The notes under the pieces: generated by a model | What the model saw: the letters and a program-made list of their open reading frames with translations, nothing else | Databases searched by the model: none | Told to the model about the DNA's origin: nothing | Translations under genes and position numbers: made by a program | NCBI GenBank assembly: GCA_963666925.2 | Contig: CAXXTC010000007.1 | Span: 352,001 to 416,000, forward strand | DNA: 64,000 bases | Source of the DNA: Phycisphaerae bacterium | GTDB lineage: Bacteria; Planctomycetota; Phycisphaerae; UBA1845; Fen-1342 | Reading direction: 5' to 3' | Shown: positions 43,626 through 54,600 of the stretch, piece by piece | Layout of the letters: every line of letters begins with the position of its first letter | How positions within the stretch are numbered: the stretch's first letter is position 1

Positions 43626-45330
43626 TTATTCGCCGTTGGCGTTGCGGAGTATGTGTTCGCGCCGGGTCAGCAGGTCACGCCGCGGATCGCGGGCCAATTC
43701 GCTCATGGCCTGCCAGGTGGCGGCCGCCCGATCGACCATGCCGACGTTCTGGAGGGCGAGTGCCAGGTTCTCGCGGAAAGCGGGGTCGCCGTCGGAAGTC
43801 ACGCCGGCTTGCTCAAACTGCTCGGCCGCCAGGTCGAATTGGTTCCGTTGGGCGAACAGCAGCCCGAGTTCGTAGTGCACGTCGACCATGCGTCCGGGTT
43901 CGAGCCGAAGTGCCTGCTGAAACGTCTCGATCGCTTCGTCGAGCGTGCCGGCCTCCTTGAGACAGATCGCTAGCTTGACCAGGGCCTTGGCGTAAGTCGG
44001 GTTGAGCGTGACGGCCTGCCTGAAAGCGTTGATCGCGTCGGCGTGCCGACCAACCTGACGCAGCAGCAGCCCGTACCGATAATGCAGGTCGGCATGATTG
44101 GGCGTGTTGTTCAGGGCGGCTTCGTGTCGGCGGACGGCCTCGGCAATCAGCTCGTCATACCCGGGCTCTTCCTGCTCAAAGTCCTCGTCGTCCGCGTCCG
44201 ATAGCTCGTCGCCGGCGGGGTAACGCTCTTGTTCGGCGCGCAGATGCAGGCGCATCGACTCGCAGAACAGCAGCGTGGTGCTGGGTTCCAGGCTGGCTGC
44301 CAAGTCAAACGTGGCCAGCGATTCCTGCTCGTGCCCGCAGTCGTGCTGGGCTACTCCCAGCCCGACAAACGCGCTGATGAGCTGGTCGTTCAGCTCGACG
44401 GCGCGGTTGAACGACAGGGCCGCGTCGGCAAGACGCCCCTGGCGCATGTGTTGCGTGCCGAGCTTGACCGTGGCTTCGAGGAAGTGCGGCTGTGTGGCCA
44501 GGGCCGTGGTGTATTGTTCGAGGGCCCGTTCGTCGTCGCCGACCTTGACGTACAAGTCGCCGAGCTGAACGTGGTAGGGTGCGATCCCGGGGTATTTTTG
44601 GATTAGTGCTTCGAGGTCTTCGATCGCCTCTTCGAGAGCGCCGGCGTGTTGCGGGACCTCTTGGTCGGTGTCGGCTTCGGAGTAGTTATCGGGTTCGATC
44701 AGCAGGGCGCGCTGGTACTGATCGACGGCCGCGGTTGGTCGGCGTGCCTGGAGGTGCAGATTTCCCAGGGTCAGCAGCACGTCCAGATCGCCGGGCTCGA
44801 GTTCGACCAGTTTGCTCATATTGCTCGACCGCTTCGCGCCAGTCGCCGTTGCGCAGCGCGATGGCCGCCAGGCGTTCGTAGCCGTTTCGCAGTTGCGGGC
44901 AAAGTTCGACGCTGCGTTGGTAGGCCTGGCGAGCCTGGTCCAACTGGCCGAGCCGCTCTTGGGTGAAACCGATCGCGAATATGGTGGCCGGATCGTCCCG
45001 GTCGCGGCTCTGGGCGGCGTTGAGATATTTCAGCGCGCGTTCGAGCTGCCCCAATTCCTCGAATGTGCAGGCCAGCCCGAGTAGTGGGGTGACTGCTTCG
45101 GGGGCCAGTTGGCGGGCAGCTTCGAAGGCGGATTGCGCTTCGCTGAGGCGCACCTCGTGCAGGCAGACCATGCCGTAGCGCAGGGCGAGGTCAACGGAGG
45201 TCGGAGAGGCGGCGTAGCGATTTCCGAGCGTGTCGGCGTCTTCGCCGGCGACATCCGGTAATTGATTCACAAAGGCGCTGCGCAGATCGGAGAGCAGCCC
45301 GCGCCCCAGCATTTCAAGCAGGTAGCTCAT
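43626..45330 (-). CDS. TPR-repeat protein, split by a single +1 frameshift (ORFs 44686-45330 and 43626-44819)
   Basis: Removing one base of the T-run at 44811-44813 fuses ...EAVEQYEQ to LVELEPGD..., completing a TPR unit. Confidence 0.8.
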
Positions 45331-45898
45331 CGCGCACTCCGTGGTCCGGGTTTTCGGGCAGTGCCGCGAGGGCCACCCGGGCTTCAGCCAGGTTGCTGTT
45401 CAGTCGCAACGCCCGTTCGTACGCGCCGCGGGCGCGCTCAGCGTGGCCGCCCCGACGCCAGACGTTGCCCAGCATGGTGTGCACGTCCGCATAGTCGGCC
45501 CCGATCTCCACGGCGCGTTCGAGGTGGTGTCGAGCGCGCTCGATGTCATTGCGCCGCAACGCAATGCGTGCGGCCTGTACCGCGGCCGCTCGATAATGCG
45601 GATTGATTTCGATCGCCTGTTCGGCCAGACGTTCTGCGGTTGCGAGGTCGTCGACACTCACCGCTGCATAACTGGCGTAGTAGTTGAGGTCGGCGTAGTT
45701 GGGTTTGCGGGCCAGCGCTGCGAGGGCGGCCTTCAGAATGCGGTGCGCCGTCACCATGCGGCCCGTGCCCACGCCTTGCAGACAGGCCAGGATCAGTTCG
45801 GGCTCACGGATGAACTGATCCGCCAGTGCGCCGGTGCCGGGGGTGGCTGCCGACGTTGTGCGCAGGCCAGCTTGTTTTGGAATGTGCTGTTGATTCAT
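45314..45898 (-). CDS. TPR-repeat protein
   Basis: KPNYADL, AIEINPHY, YADVHTMLG, AYERALRLN. Confidence 0.8.
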   Translation of the reverse strand: MNQQHIPKQAGLRTTSAATPGTGALADQFIREPELILACLQGVGTGRMVTAHRILKAALAALARKPNYADLNYYASYAAVSVDDLATAERLAEQAIEINPHYRAAAVQAARIALRRNDIERARHHLERAVEIGADYADVHTMLGNVWRRGGHAERARGAYERALRLNSNLAEARVALAALPENPDHGVRDELPA

Positions 45899-45940
45899 GG
45901 TTGCCTGTCGCTGAGCGTCACGCGGTCGCGCCACGCGGGG

Positions 45941-46159
45941 TCACTTCTTCTTTTTCTTCTTCTCGTCCTTGTCGTCGACCGCCTCAGGCGGCGGTTGTTC
46001 CTGGGCGAGTTCGGCTACCGCGACGGGTGCGGCCGGAACCATGAAGGCGGCCTCACAGTACGCACACCGCACCACCTTCCCCCGGGCGGAGTCGGGTGCT
46101 ACCACCGTCTTCCCGCATTTGAGGTTGGGGCAGATCATCGTTACGGACACGGCAGACAC
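45941..46159 (-). CDS. Small zinc-finger protein
   Basis: CPNLKC...RGKVVRCAYC; Lys-rich tail. Confidence 0.7.
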   Translation of the reverse strand: MSAVSVTMICPNLKCGKTVVAPDSARGKVVRCAYCEAAFMVPAAPVAVAELAQEQPPPEAVDDKDEKKKKKK

Positions 46160-46427
46160 CTGCTAACGGCGAGACGTTCTCTGGCGAACGCGACTGGTAT
46201 CGGCAGGAAGCGCGCCGGCAATCATCAACGGCCAGCAACGCGTGAATTCAGCCCGCCGGCACTTACCGGACGGTCTGCGATCCGAGAACAGAACGCCTGG
46301 CGCGTCGGATTCCCCGTTACGATCAGCACGCGGTCAGCGCACGCCCCATACTCAAAATGCGCTGGTTTGGCGCGCTATCTATACAACGTCCGGATACCCC
46401 CGTTGAGCTACGTCCGTAAACGCGGAG

Positions 46428-48380
46428 TCAATCGCGCGTCGGCGTTTTTCGGCGGCGTGATTTGGGTTTGGCTGGTGGCGTGATCGGACGTCGCGACGCC
46501 GGTACCGGGATCTGCGCCCGACCCGAGAGATACGCACCCGTCAGCGAGTCTGCCGCGCCGGCGACCTCTGCCTGTGTGCCCTGGGCTACGACCGCGCCGC
46601 CGCGCGAGCCCGGCCCGGGTCCGAAGTCGATCAGGTGGTCGGCCGCCTCCATCGTGTCGCGATCGTGCTCGACCACCACGACCGTGTTGCCCATGTCGCG
46701 CAGCCGGCGTAGCGAGTGCAGCAGCCGGCGCTGGTCGCGCGGATGCAGTCCGATACTGGGCTCGTCCAGCACGTACAGCACACCCACCAACCCGCAGCCG
46801 ATCTGGCTTGCCAGACGGATACGCTGCGACTCGCCACCCGAAAGCGTCGGGGCGGATCGGTCGAGAGTCAGATAATCCAGCCCGACGTCGAGCAGGAAAC
46901 GCAGCCGGGCGCAGATCTCCTTCAGTGGCTCCTGCGCGACGAGTTGCTCGACGCCGTCCAGCTTCAGGTTTTCAAAAAACACCAGGGCCTGCTGGATCGG
47001 CAACTGGCAGGCGCGTTCGATGTTGAGTGATTCGAGCTTGCTGCGTTTGCCGTTCGGTCGGCCGGGCAGTTGCACGGCCAGTGCCTGTGGCTTGAGCCGA
47101 CCGCCGTTGCATTGCGGGCAGATGCGTTGCCGCATGTATTGCTCGTAGAAGCGGCGCACCAGGTTGGATTTGGATTTCTTGTGGCGGGCGTGCAGCTCGG
47201 CGATGACGCCTTCGAACGTGCCGCCGTGCTTCCAGATGCCTTGTCGGCTGCGCCACTCGAACGTGATGTGGGTATCGCCGGTGCCGTAGAGCAGGGCGTG
47301 TTGGGCTTCGGCCGGCAGGCTGTCCCACGGCGCGTTGAGATCGACGCCGAGATGGTCGGCGACGCCCTGGTAGATGTGTCGGCGCCAGCGGCCCGGCTTG
47401 TGCCGCAGGGCGGCGATGCACGGCGTGAGGAAGCTCTTGCGCCCGTCCGGAATGAGCAGTTCCGGGTCGAAATCGAAACGCATGCCCAGCCCGTCGCAGT
47501 GCGGGCACATGCCCTGCGGACTGTTGAAGCTGAACATCTGTGGCGTCGGCGGCTCAAAACCCAACCCGCAATGCGTGCACGCGAACCCGGCCGAGAGGAC
47601 CAAGTCGCGTGATTTGCTGCGGGCGCGGCGTCGGGCGGTGCCCTGCGGTGCGTCTTCCGGCACGAGCGCTACCAGGGCCATCCCTTCACCCGCCTCCAGG
47701 GCCAGGTCGAGCGTTTCGGCGACGCGTGTGCGAATGCCGGGCTTGCTGACCAGGCGATCGACAACCACTTCGATATCGTGCCGGCGGTAGCGGTCGAGCG
47801 CCGGCGGGTCGGCCAGGTCGATCAGCTCACCATCCACGCGCGCCCGTACGAACCCCTGGCGCAACAACTCGTCGAACAGGTCGCGATGTTCGCCGCGCTG
47901 GGCCCGAACCTTGGGTGCCAATACGAGGAACCGTGTGCCTTCTTCGAGCGCCAGCACGCGTTCGACCATTTGCGGGCGTGTCTGGGCGCTGATCGGCCGA
48001 TCGCAGCTTGGGCAGTGTTGCCGGCCGGCGCGGGCGAACAGCACGCGCAGGTAATCGTGAATCTGCGTGATGGTGCCGACTGTGCTGCGCGGGTTCCAGC
48101 CGCTGGTTTTCTGCTGGATGGAGATGGCCGGCGCCAGCCCGCTGATCTGATCGACGTTGGGCTTGGGGAGCTGCCCGATGAATTGTCGGGCGTAAGCGCT
48201 GAGCGATTCGACGTAGCGGCGTTGACCTTCGGCAAAAAGCGTGTCGAAGGCCAGACTGCTCTTGCCGCTGCCGGAGACGCCGGTCAGGCAGATCAGCCGA
48301 TTCTTGGGCAGGTCGAGCGTGACGTTGCGGAGGTTGTGCTCGCGTGCGCCGACCACCCGGATGACGTCTGAATCATTCAT
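46428..48380 (-). CDS. uvrA: UvrA, N-terminal half only (about 650 aa)
   Basis: GAREHNL, GVSGSGKSSLAFDT, Zn fingers, LSGGESQRIRLA, LDEPSIGLH; stop follows the inter-domain linker. Confidence 0.88.
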   Translation of the reverse strand: MNDSDVIRVVGAREHNLRNVTLDLPKNRLICLTGVSGSGKSSLAFDTLFAEGQRRYVESLSAYARQFIGQLPKPNVDQISGLAPAISIQQKTSGWNPRSTVGTITQIHDYLRVLFARAGRQHCPSCDRPISAQTRPQMVERVLALEEGTRFLVLAPKVRAQRGEHRDLFDELLRQGFVRARVDGELIDLADPPALDRYRRHDIEVVVDRLVSKPGIRTRVAETLDLALEAGEGMALVALVPEDAPQGTARRRARSKSRDLVLSAGFACTHCGLGFEPPTPQMFSFNSPQGMCPHCDGLGMRFDFDPELLIPDGRKSFLTPCIAALRHKPGRWRRHIYQGVADHLGVDLNAPWDSLPAEAQHALLYGTGDTHITFEWRSRQGIWKHGGTFEGVIAELHARHKKSKSNLVRRFYEQYMRQRICPQCNGGRLKPQALAVQLPGRPNGKRSKLESLNIERACQLPIQQALVFFENLKLDGVEQLVAQEPLKEICARLRFLLDVGLDYLTLDRSAPTLSGGESQRIRLASQIGCGLVGVLYVLDEPSIGLHPRDQRRLLHSLRRLRDMGNTVVVVEHDRDTMEAADHLIDFGPGPGSRGGAVVAQGTQAEVAGAADSLTGAYLSGRAQIPVPASRRPITPPAKPKSRRRKTPTRD

Positions 48381-48501
48381 GCTGCTCTGCCTGCTCGTGT
48401 CAGCGTGCCTTCTCGCAAGTTTCACATTCCAAGTGGGGCGGGACGCCCGCCCCACCTCTCACAGGATGCAATCATCCCCGTTGCAGTCGGGGCGAAATTG
48501 G

Positions 48502-48879
48502 GCGGAGTGGGCCTGTAAGCCGAATTCTGTACCCGTTCTGCGAAGAGAACGGGTGGCGGCCATTCATCTGGGCCCGTCGTTACCGACAGGCTCGTGCGCC
48601 CTACCCGGGGCTGATAGTGAGCCGGGCCGGCTCATCGCCCCATATTTGGGCTTGCTGGCGGTGGGGTTTACCGTGCCGCGGACGTCACCGCCCGCGCGGT
48701 GCGCTCTTACCGCACCTTTTCACCCTTGCCTGTGGTCGCAACCCATCGGCGGTGTGTTTTCTGTGGCACTTTCCCGGGGCTCGCGCCCGGTGGCCGTTAG
48801 CCATCACCGTGCCCTTTCCAGTTCGGACTTTCCTCCGGCCGCGATCGCTCGCGACCGGCGGCCGCCCGGCCCACTCCGC
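48502..48879 (-). ncRNA. rnpB: RNase P RNA (class A)
   Basis: Minus strand GAGGAAAGUCC, GAAAGUGCCACAGAAA, GGUGCGGUAAGAGCGCACC, ACAGAAUUCGGCUUA; terminal pairing gcggagugggcc/ggcccacuccgc; TACAAT 7 nt upstream. Confidence 0.97.
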
Positions 48880-48995
48880 ACGGTCCATTGTAAGACAGAA
48901 CCCCCCGCGAGCACCACCACCAACAGCGACGGCCACCGGTAGCGCAGCGAAAGCCGCGCCAGCGGTGGCCGTCAAAGATGGCTCCCGTGGAGGTA

Positions 48996-49568
48996 TTAGC
49001 TGGGTAGCTCGATGATCGACTGGGTCTTCACGAGCGTGCGATCGGCCGGAGAGGCATGGAACGCGTGAATATGGAACTCGGAATCACGCGCTTCATGATC
49101 GACATAGGAGAAGGGCGTCAGCTCGCCGACGGCCCAGTCCTCGTAGGGCACGTACCAGCCGCGCTTCTCGGCGTGCCGCATCAGGTCGCGATGGACGGAC
49201 TTGTACAGGGCCGCGTCCATCGTCTCCACCTGGCTGCTGACCATGTAGCTCCAGCCTTCGGAGGTCTTTCGCTCGTGGTCGCGTTCACCCTTGAGGCGGA
49301 AACGCGACAGCACCCCGCGCGTCGGCAGCATGTCGCTGTGCCGTGCCAGCAGCTCCGTCAGCGAGCGATCGCCGACACTGAGCGTAATCACATGGCTCAG
49401 CCCGACGATCCAGATATCAGCCGTATACCGGCCCTGGCGGACGCGGTAATTGGCGTAATGGCGGAACAGCTCGGGGTGCAACGACCGCTCAAACAGGAAC
49501 AGGTGCAAATCGGAGACCTGGCCCGGTTGCTGGTCGACCTCTGGTTTGTTGATGGTTCTCTCGGTCAC
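48996..49568 (-). CDS. DUF2617-like conserved protein
   Basis: FERSLHPELF...H.FH......VKTQS.IE pattern; family assignment from recall. Confidence 0.65.
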   Translation of the reverse strand: MTERTINKPEVDQQPGQVSDLHLFLFERSLHPELFRHYANYRVRQGRYTADIWIVGLSHVITLSVGDRSLTELLARHSDMLPTRGVLSRFRLKGERDHERKTSEGWSYMVSSQVETMDAALYKSVHRDLMRHAEKRGWYVPYEDWAVGELTPFSYVDHEARDSEFHIHAFHASPADRTLVKTQSIIELPS

Positions 49569-49653
49569 TCAAAACCTCGCTTACAGTTCAAGAGGGCGAG
49601 TATAGCATTCAACTCGCCGGGCTCCCAGCTAATTCTCGGCGGGATACGTTTTC

Positions 49654-50034
49654 TTACGTCTCCGGCGCCGTATCCGTTCGCGCCGCGGCCGCACTATCTG
49701 CGGTTTGATCATGTCGGCATCCCCACTTGCGCAGTGCCGCAAACTCGTAGATTCCGGCCTGATGTCCATCTTGCCAGGTGATTCGCAAACCATACCGGCC
49801 GACCAGTTCGGCCCCGTCGGCCATGACCATGCGAAGCTGCTGGTCGGCGCTGGGCAGCACGGGCAGCCCCGTATCGGACCAGCCGCTGCGTTTATCCCGA
49901 CACTCGGCACATGGACAGTGCTTTCTCAACACCTGCAGCGGCAGTGTGTGCTCGACCCCGTCGGCCCAGCGGATGCGCAGCTCTCGGGCGCGGTCGAGGT
50001 TGATTTCAAGCGGTTGTGTCGCCTCAGTGTTCAC
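49654..50034 (-). CDS. DUF971 / GBBH-like N-terminal domain protein
   Basis: WADG, LRKHCPCAEC, VGRYGLRITWQDGHQAGIY. Confidence 0.9.
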   Translation of the reverse strand: MNTEATQPLEINLDRARELRIRWADGVEHTLPLQVLRKHCPCAECRDKRSGWSDTGLPVLPSADQQLRMVMADGAELVGRYGLRITWQDGHQAGIYEFAALRKWGCRHDQTADSAAAARTDTAPET

Positions 50035-50199
50035 TTGCTCGTCATCTCTACCAGGCTGCGTTCAGAATTTACCTGGATATGGTCACCGGCCGAAGCCGGG
50101 TCGCGTCGCACGACGAATGCAGGTACCAATCTGCTCCCGGGCGGGAGCCAGTCCACCCTGGTGTCATCGGCCGGTCCGGCAGACCCCTCGGCCGGCCGA

Positions 50200-51273
50200 T
50201 CAGCGCTGTTGCGTCGACGCAGAGCGCGCGCGACGCCGGCGCGTTCGGGGGGGCTCAGCGGGCGTCTGTCCGGACGCCTGGATGAATGAGCCCAAATTAC
50301 GCAGTCGTTCGTAACGCCGGCGTAGTAGCGTCTCCGACTTCAATCGTTTCACATCCCGCAGCGTTTTGCCCAGCCACGATTCCAGCGCCTTGGCGGCCGC
50401 CTCGGGGTCGCGATGGGCTGCCCCCAGCGGCTCCGTGATGATCGCGTCGATGAGCTTGAGCTGCTTTAGATCCTGCGGCGTGAGGCGCAGTGCCTCGGCC
50501 GCCAGCGGGGCCTGTTCGCCGGACTTCCACAGAATGGCGGCACACCCTTCCGGGCTGATCACCGAGTAGTAGGCGTGCTCCATCACCGCGACCTGGTCGG
50601 CGACGGCGATGCCCAGGGCGCCGCCGCTGCCACCTTCGCCGATAACGGCTGCCACGATCGGCGTCGGCAACCGGGACATTTCCATCAGGTTTACCGCGAT
50701 GGCCCGGGCGATGCCGCGTTCCTCGGCCTCGACGCCGGGATATGCTCCGGGCGTGTCGACCAGGCAGACGATCGGGACCTTGAACTTGGCTGCCAACTGC
50801 ATTTTCTGAAGGGCTTTGCGATAGCCCTCGGGGTGGGCACAGCCGAAGTTGACCTCGATCTTTTCGCGTGTCTCGCGGCCCTTCTGATGGGCGATCAGCA
50901 TGACGCGCTGGCCGGCCAGCCGGGCGAACCCGCAGACGATGGCCAAGTCGTCGCCGTAGCAGCGGTCGCCGTGCAGCTCACAGAAGTCGTGTGCGAGCAT
51001 GCGGATATAGTCGCGGGCCAGTGGGCGGCGCGGATGACGCGCCACCAGCACCTTCTCCCAGGGCGTAAGCCGAGCGAAGGACTCGCGCAGAGCCTTATCG
51101 AGCTGGGTGCGGATGCCGGTGATGACGTCGCGATAGTCGCGTCCGGACTCCGATACCTGGAGAGCCTCCAGGCGACGGATCTCCTGCTCCATCTTGGCGA
51201 TCGGCTTTTCGAATTCCAGCACATGCACCGGGCTGGCCGGTGCTGAGTTTTCACCGTTTGGTTGTGTACTCAT
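50200..51273 (-). CDS. accA: Acetyl-CoA carboxylase carboxyltransferase alpha
   Basis: LEFEKPI, ARHPRRP, PEGYRKA, DTPGAYPG, GEGGSGGALG, VISPEGCAAILWK. Confidence 0.97.
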   Translation of the reverse strand: MSTQPNGENSAPASPVHVLEFEKPIAKMEQEIRRLEALQVSESGRDYRDVITGIRTQLDKALRESFARLTPWEKVLVARHPRRPLARDYIRMLAHDFCELHGDRCYGDDLAIVCGFARLAGQRVMLIAHQKGRETREKIEVNFGCAHPEGYRKALQKMQLAAKFKVPIVCLVDTPGAYPGVEAEERGIARAIAVNLMEMSRLPTPIVAAVIGEGGSGGALGIAVADQVAVMEHAYYSVISPEGCAAILWKSGEQAPLAAEALRLTPQDLKQLKLIDAIITEPLGAAHRDPEAAAKALESWLGKTLRDVKRLKSETLLRRRYERLRNLGSFIQASGQTPAEPPRTRRRRARSASTQQR

Positions 51274-51665
51274 ATGCTCCCGCTTTGACAGACCGCGCCA
51301 CGGCCGGAGGGTCTTACCGCACCCACCACACTGCCAGCGTTAAGCAATCATTAACGCAGCATCTTACGCCCGATCGGTGTTGAAGCAAGGGAAAAGTAGT
51401 CTTAGTCACTATCGAGAGACGGCTTTTCGTCACATTCGCAAGCGGTCCCGGGTGGTATTAGTGCTTTGTGGGTAATAAGTTAGGTGATTATGGCTGGTTT
51501 TGTCCTATTGACGCCAAACTGGCGCCTGCGTGGGCCATAGGTCCATTTTGGTGGCGGGAGCGGGGCCGGTGGGGAACTACTGGGTGGCGGAATCGTCCCC
51601 GCGACGCTCGGTCGCCGTCTCGCTATCATGCCGCGCAAGTGCTTCCCCGGATTCAGGATGTCAGT

Positions 51666-54600
51666 ATGTCTGTTTATCGTATTGAGGTGCTCCCGCGGGC
51701 GGGTCGGTCGACCGAGTTGGCGGGTGCTGGTCTGGTCGATCTGTTCCGCGAGGCGGGCCTGGACGCTGTCGAGCGTGTCTGTGCCGCGCGTCTGTTTTTC
51801 CTCGAAGGCGACCTGTCCCGTGATCAGGCCGAGCACGTCGCGCGCGAGCTGCTGGCTGACCCGGTGACGGAGGAGGCCCGCGTGCGTGGCGTCGGCGACC
51901 CGCTGGACGAGTCGGCGGACGTGAGCTTCGAGGTGCACCCGCGTCCGGGCGTGATGGACCCGGTAGCCGAGAGCACCTACGCCGAACTCATCGACGAGAA
52001 CATCCCGGTGGCGGGTGTTCGGACGGCCCGCCGGTTTGTGGTTATCGGAGGTGCGCCGCCCGAGGCGGTGCTGGCGGCTGCCGGTCGGGTGCTGGCGAAC
52101 GACTGCATCGAGCTGCTGGTGCCCGGGACGACCGGCGTCCAGCCCGGTCCGCGTCCGCCGCTGACGCCGTTTGAGCCGCGATCGGTGCCGCTGTGCGACC
52201 TCGACGATGCTGGCCTGCAAGCGCTGGCGCGCCGCGCTCACCTGTTCCTGTCACTCGCCGAGATGCAGGCGATTCAGGCGCACTACGTGGCCCGTGGCCG
52301 CGAGCCGACCGACGTCGAGCTCGAGACGCTGGCGCAGACCTGGTCGGAACACTGCGTGCACAAGACGCTGCGCAGCCCGATTCGTTATCGCGGTACGCCG
52401 TTGCCGGTGGGGGCGGCACAATCGTCCGTTGACGCCGTCGAAGAACGCCACTACGACAACCTGCTCAAGGATACGATCGTCCGTGCCACCGAAACACTGA
52501 TCGCCGAGAAGCGCGGGCCGAACTGCTTATCGGTCTTCAAGGATAACGCTGGCGTGATCGCGTTTGACGACGACCTCGCTATCGCGTTCAAGGTTGAGAC
52601 CCATAACCATCCCTCCGCGATCGAGCCTTATGGCGGTGCGGCCACCGGTATCGGCGGCGTGATCCGTGACATCATTGGCTGCGGGCTCGGCGCCAAGCCC
52701 ATCGCCAACACCGACGTCTTCTGCGTCGGGCCACAGGATTGGCCCGTCGACCAGCTTCCTACCGGCGTGTTGCACCCGCGGCGCGTGTTGCGCGGCATCG
52801 TCGGCGGCGTGTCCGACTACGGCAATCGTATGGGCATCCCCACCGTCAACGGCGCCGTCATCTATGATCCGCGCTACCTCGGCAACCCGCTGGTTTATTG
52901 CGGCAGCGTCGGCTGCCTGCCACGCGATCTGGTCGAGAAACAAACCCGTCCGGGCGATCTGATCGTGCTCATCGGCGGGCGCACTGGCCGCGACGGCATC
53001 CACGGCGCGACGTTCTCGTCGGCCGAGCTGACCGATACCCACGCCGACGAGTTCTCGCACGCCGTCCAGATCGGCAACGCCATCACCGAAAAACGTTTCC
53101 TTGATGCGGTGCTTCAGGCACGCGATGCGGAGGGCGGCTGCCTCTACTCGGCCATTACCGATTGTGGTGCGGGTGGCCTGAGCAGCGCCGTTGGCGAGAT
53201 GGGCGAACACACCGGCGCGGTCGTCGATCTTGACACCGTCCCGCTGAAATACGCCGGCCTGCGCTACGACGAGATCTGGATCAGCGAGGCACAGGAGCGA
53301 ATGGTCGTTGCGGTGCCGCCCGATAACCTGGGCCGCTTCAACGCCATCATGCAACGCGAAGAGGTCGAGTCGACCGTCATCGGCACCTTTGGTCCCACAC
53401 CAAGCGCCCATGAGCCAGGTGGTGCGGGCGTCTCGCTCGCCGAGCCCGGAGTCCGCGCATCCAACAAGTCGGCCGAGACGGTCGACCCACCTCGATATCG
53501 CGTGGGCGGTCGAGCTTCTGAATCGCCCGCCCATGAGCCAAGTGGGGCGGGCGTCTCGCCCGCCGAGCCGCTATTGCTGCTGCGTTTCAACGGCCAAATC
53601 GTCGGCGAGCTGGACATGCGGTTTTTGCATCGGGGTGTGCCTCTGGGCGAGCGCGTGGCCGAGTGGCACGCGCCGGCTACGCCAAAGTTGCCGGCCTCCG
53701 TGCCCACCGGCGCGGCTGATATGCTCGGTCGGCTGCGTGTTGAGCTGGGTCGGCCGAACGTCGCGTCCAAGAGCTGGATCATTCGCCAGTATGACCACGA
53801 AGTGCAGGGCGGCAGCGTGATCAAGCCGCTGCTCGGCCCCGGCCCCGGCCCCGGCGACGCAGCCGTCATTCGCCCGCGGTTCGACAGCGATTGCGGGTTG
53901 GCCGTCGGCTGTGGGTTGGCCGCGCACTTGGCCGACCAGGATCCGTACTGGATGGCCGCCGCCGCCATCGACGAAGCTCTGCGCAACGTCATCTGCGTCG
54001 GCGGAGATCCGCTCCAGACCGCCATCCTCGACAACTTCTGCTGGGGCCGCAGTGATGATCCGCAGCAGCTCGGCGCGCTGGTCCGCGCCTGCCAGGCCTG
54101 TCACGACCTGGCCCGGGCCGCCGGCGTGCCGTTCATCTCCGGCAAAGACTCGCTCAACAACGAGTTCGCGCTCGGTGCCGCCGACGTGGAGCCGTTGATC
54201 GCGACGCTATACACATTGGCCGACCGCGGCACAGATAGCGACACGTTGCGCTGGCGGACGCTGCTGCCGGCCGTGGCGGAGCGCATTCGCACGACGCGCC
54301 GGCTGGCGATTCCGCCCACGCTGCTGATCAGCGCCATTAGCATCGTTCCCACGGTGCAGCGCTGCCTGAGCAGCGATCTGAAACAGCCCGGCAGCTCAGT
54401 GTTGCTGGTCGGCGGATACGAACCCGTCGGGTTTGATTTTGCCGCCACGCAGCAAACACACGCGGCGGTCGCCGAGCTGATCGCGCAGGGCCTGGTTCGC
54501 GCTGCGCATGACGTCTCGGACGGCGGCTGGCTGGTCGCGCTGGCGGAGATGGCGCTCGCCGGCCAACGCGGCGTGACGCTGGCGCCATTCGACGAACTCC

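Noticed and set aside
44805..44820. Programmed ribosomal frameshift in the TPR (and HEAT) genes
   Set aside because: No canonical slippery heptamer; three single-base insertions in short homopolymers fit sequence error better.
48241..49015. ORFs overlapping 48.5-48.9 kb
   Set aside because: This region is the RNase P RNA gene.
51468..51665. Upstream extension of the purL ORF
   Set aside because: No PurL-like content; it is the divergent promoter region shared with accA.
53395..53570. Intein or intron in purL
   Set aside because: No Cys/Ser...His-Asn intein ends or intron structure, too short, and explained by repeat family D.
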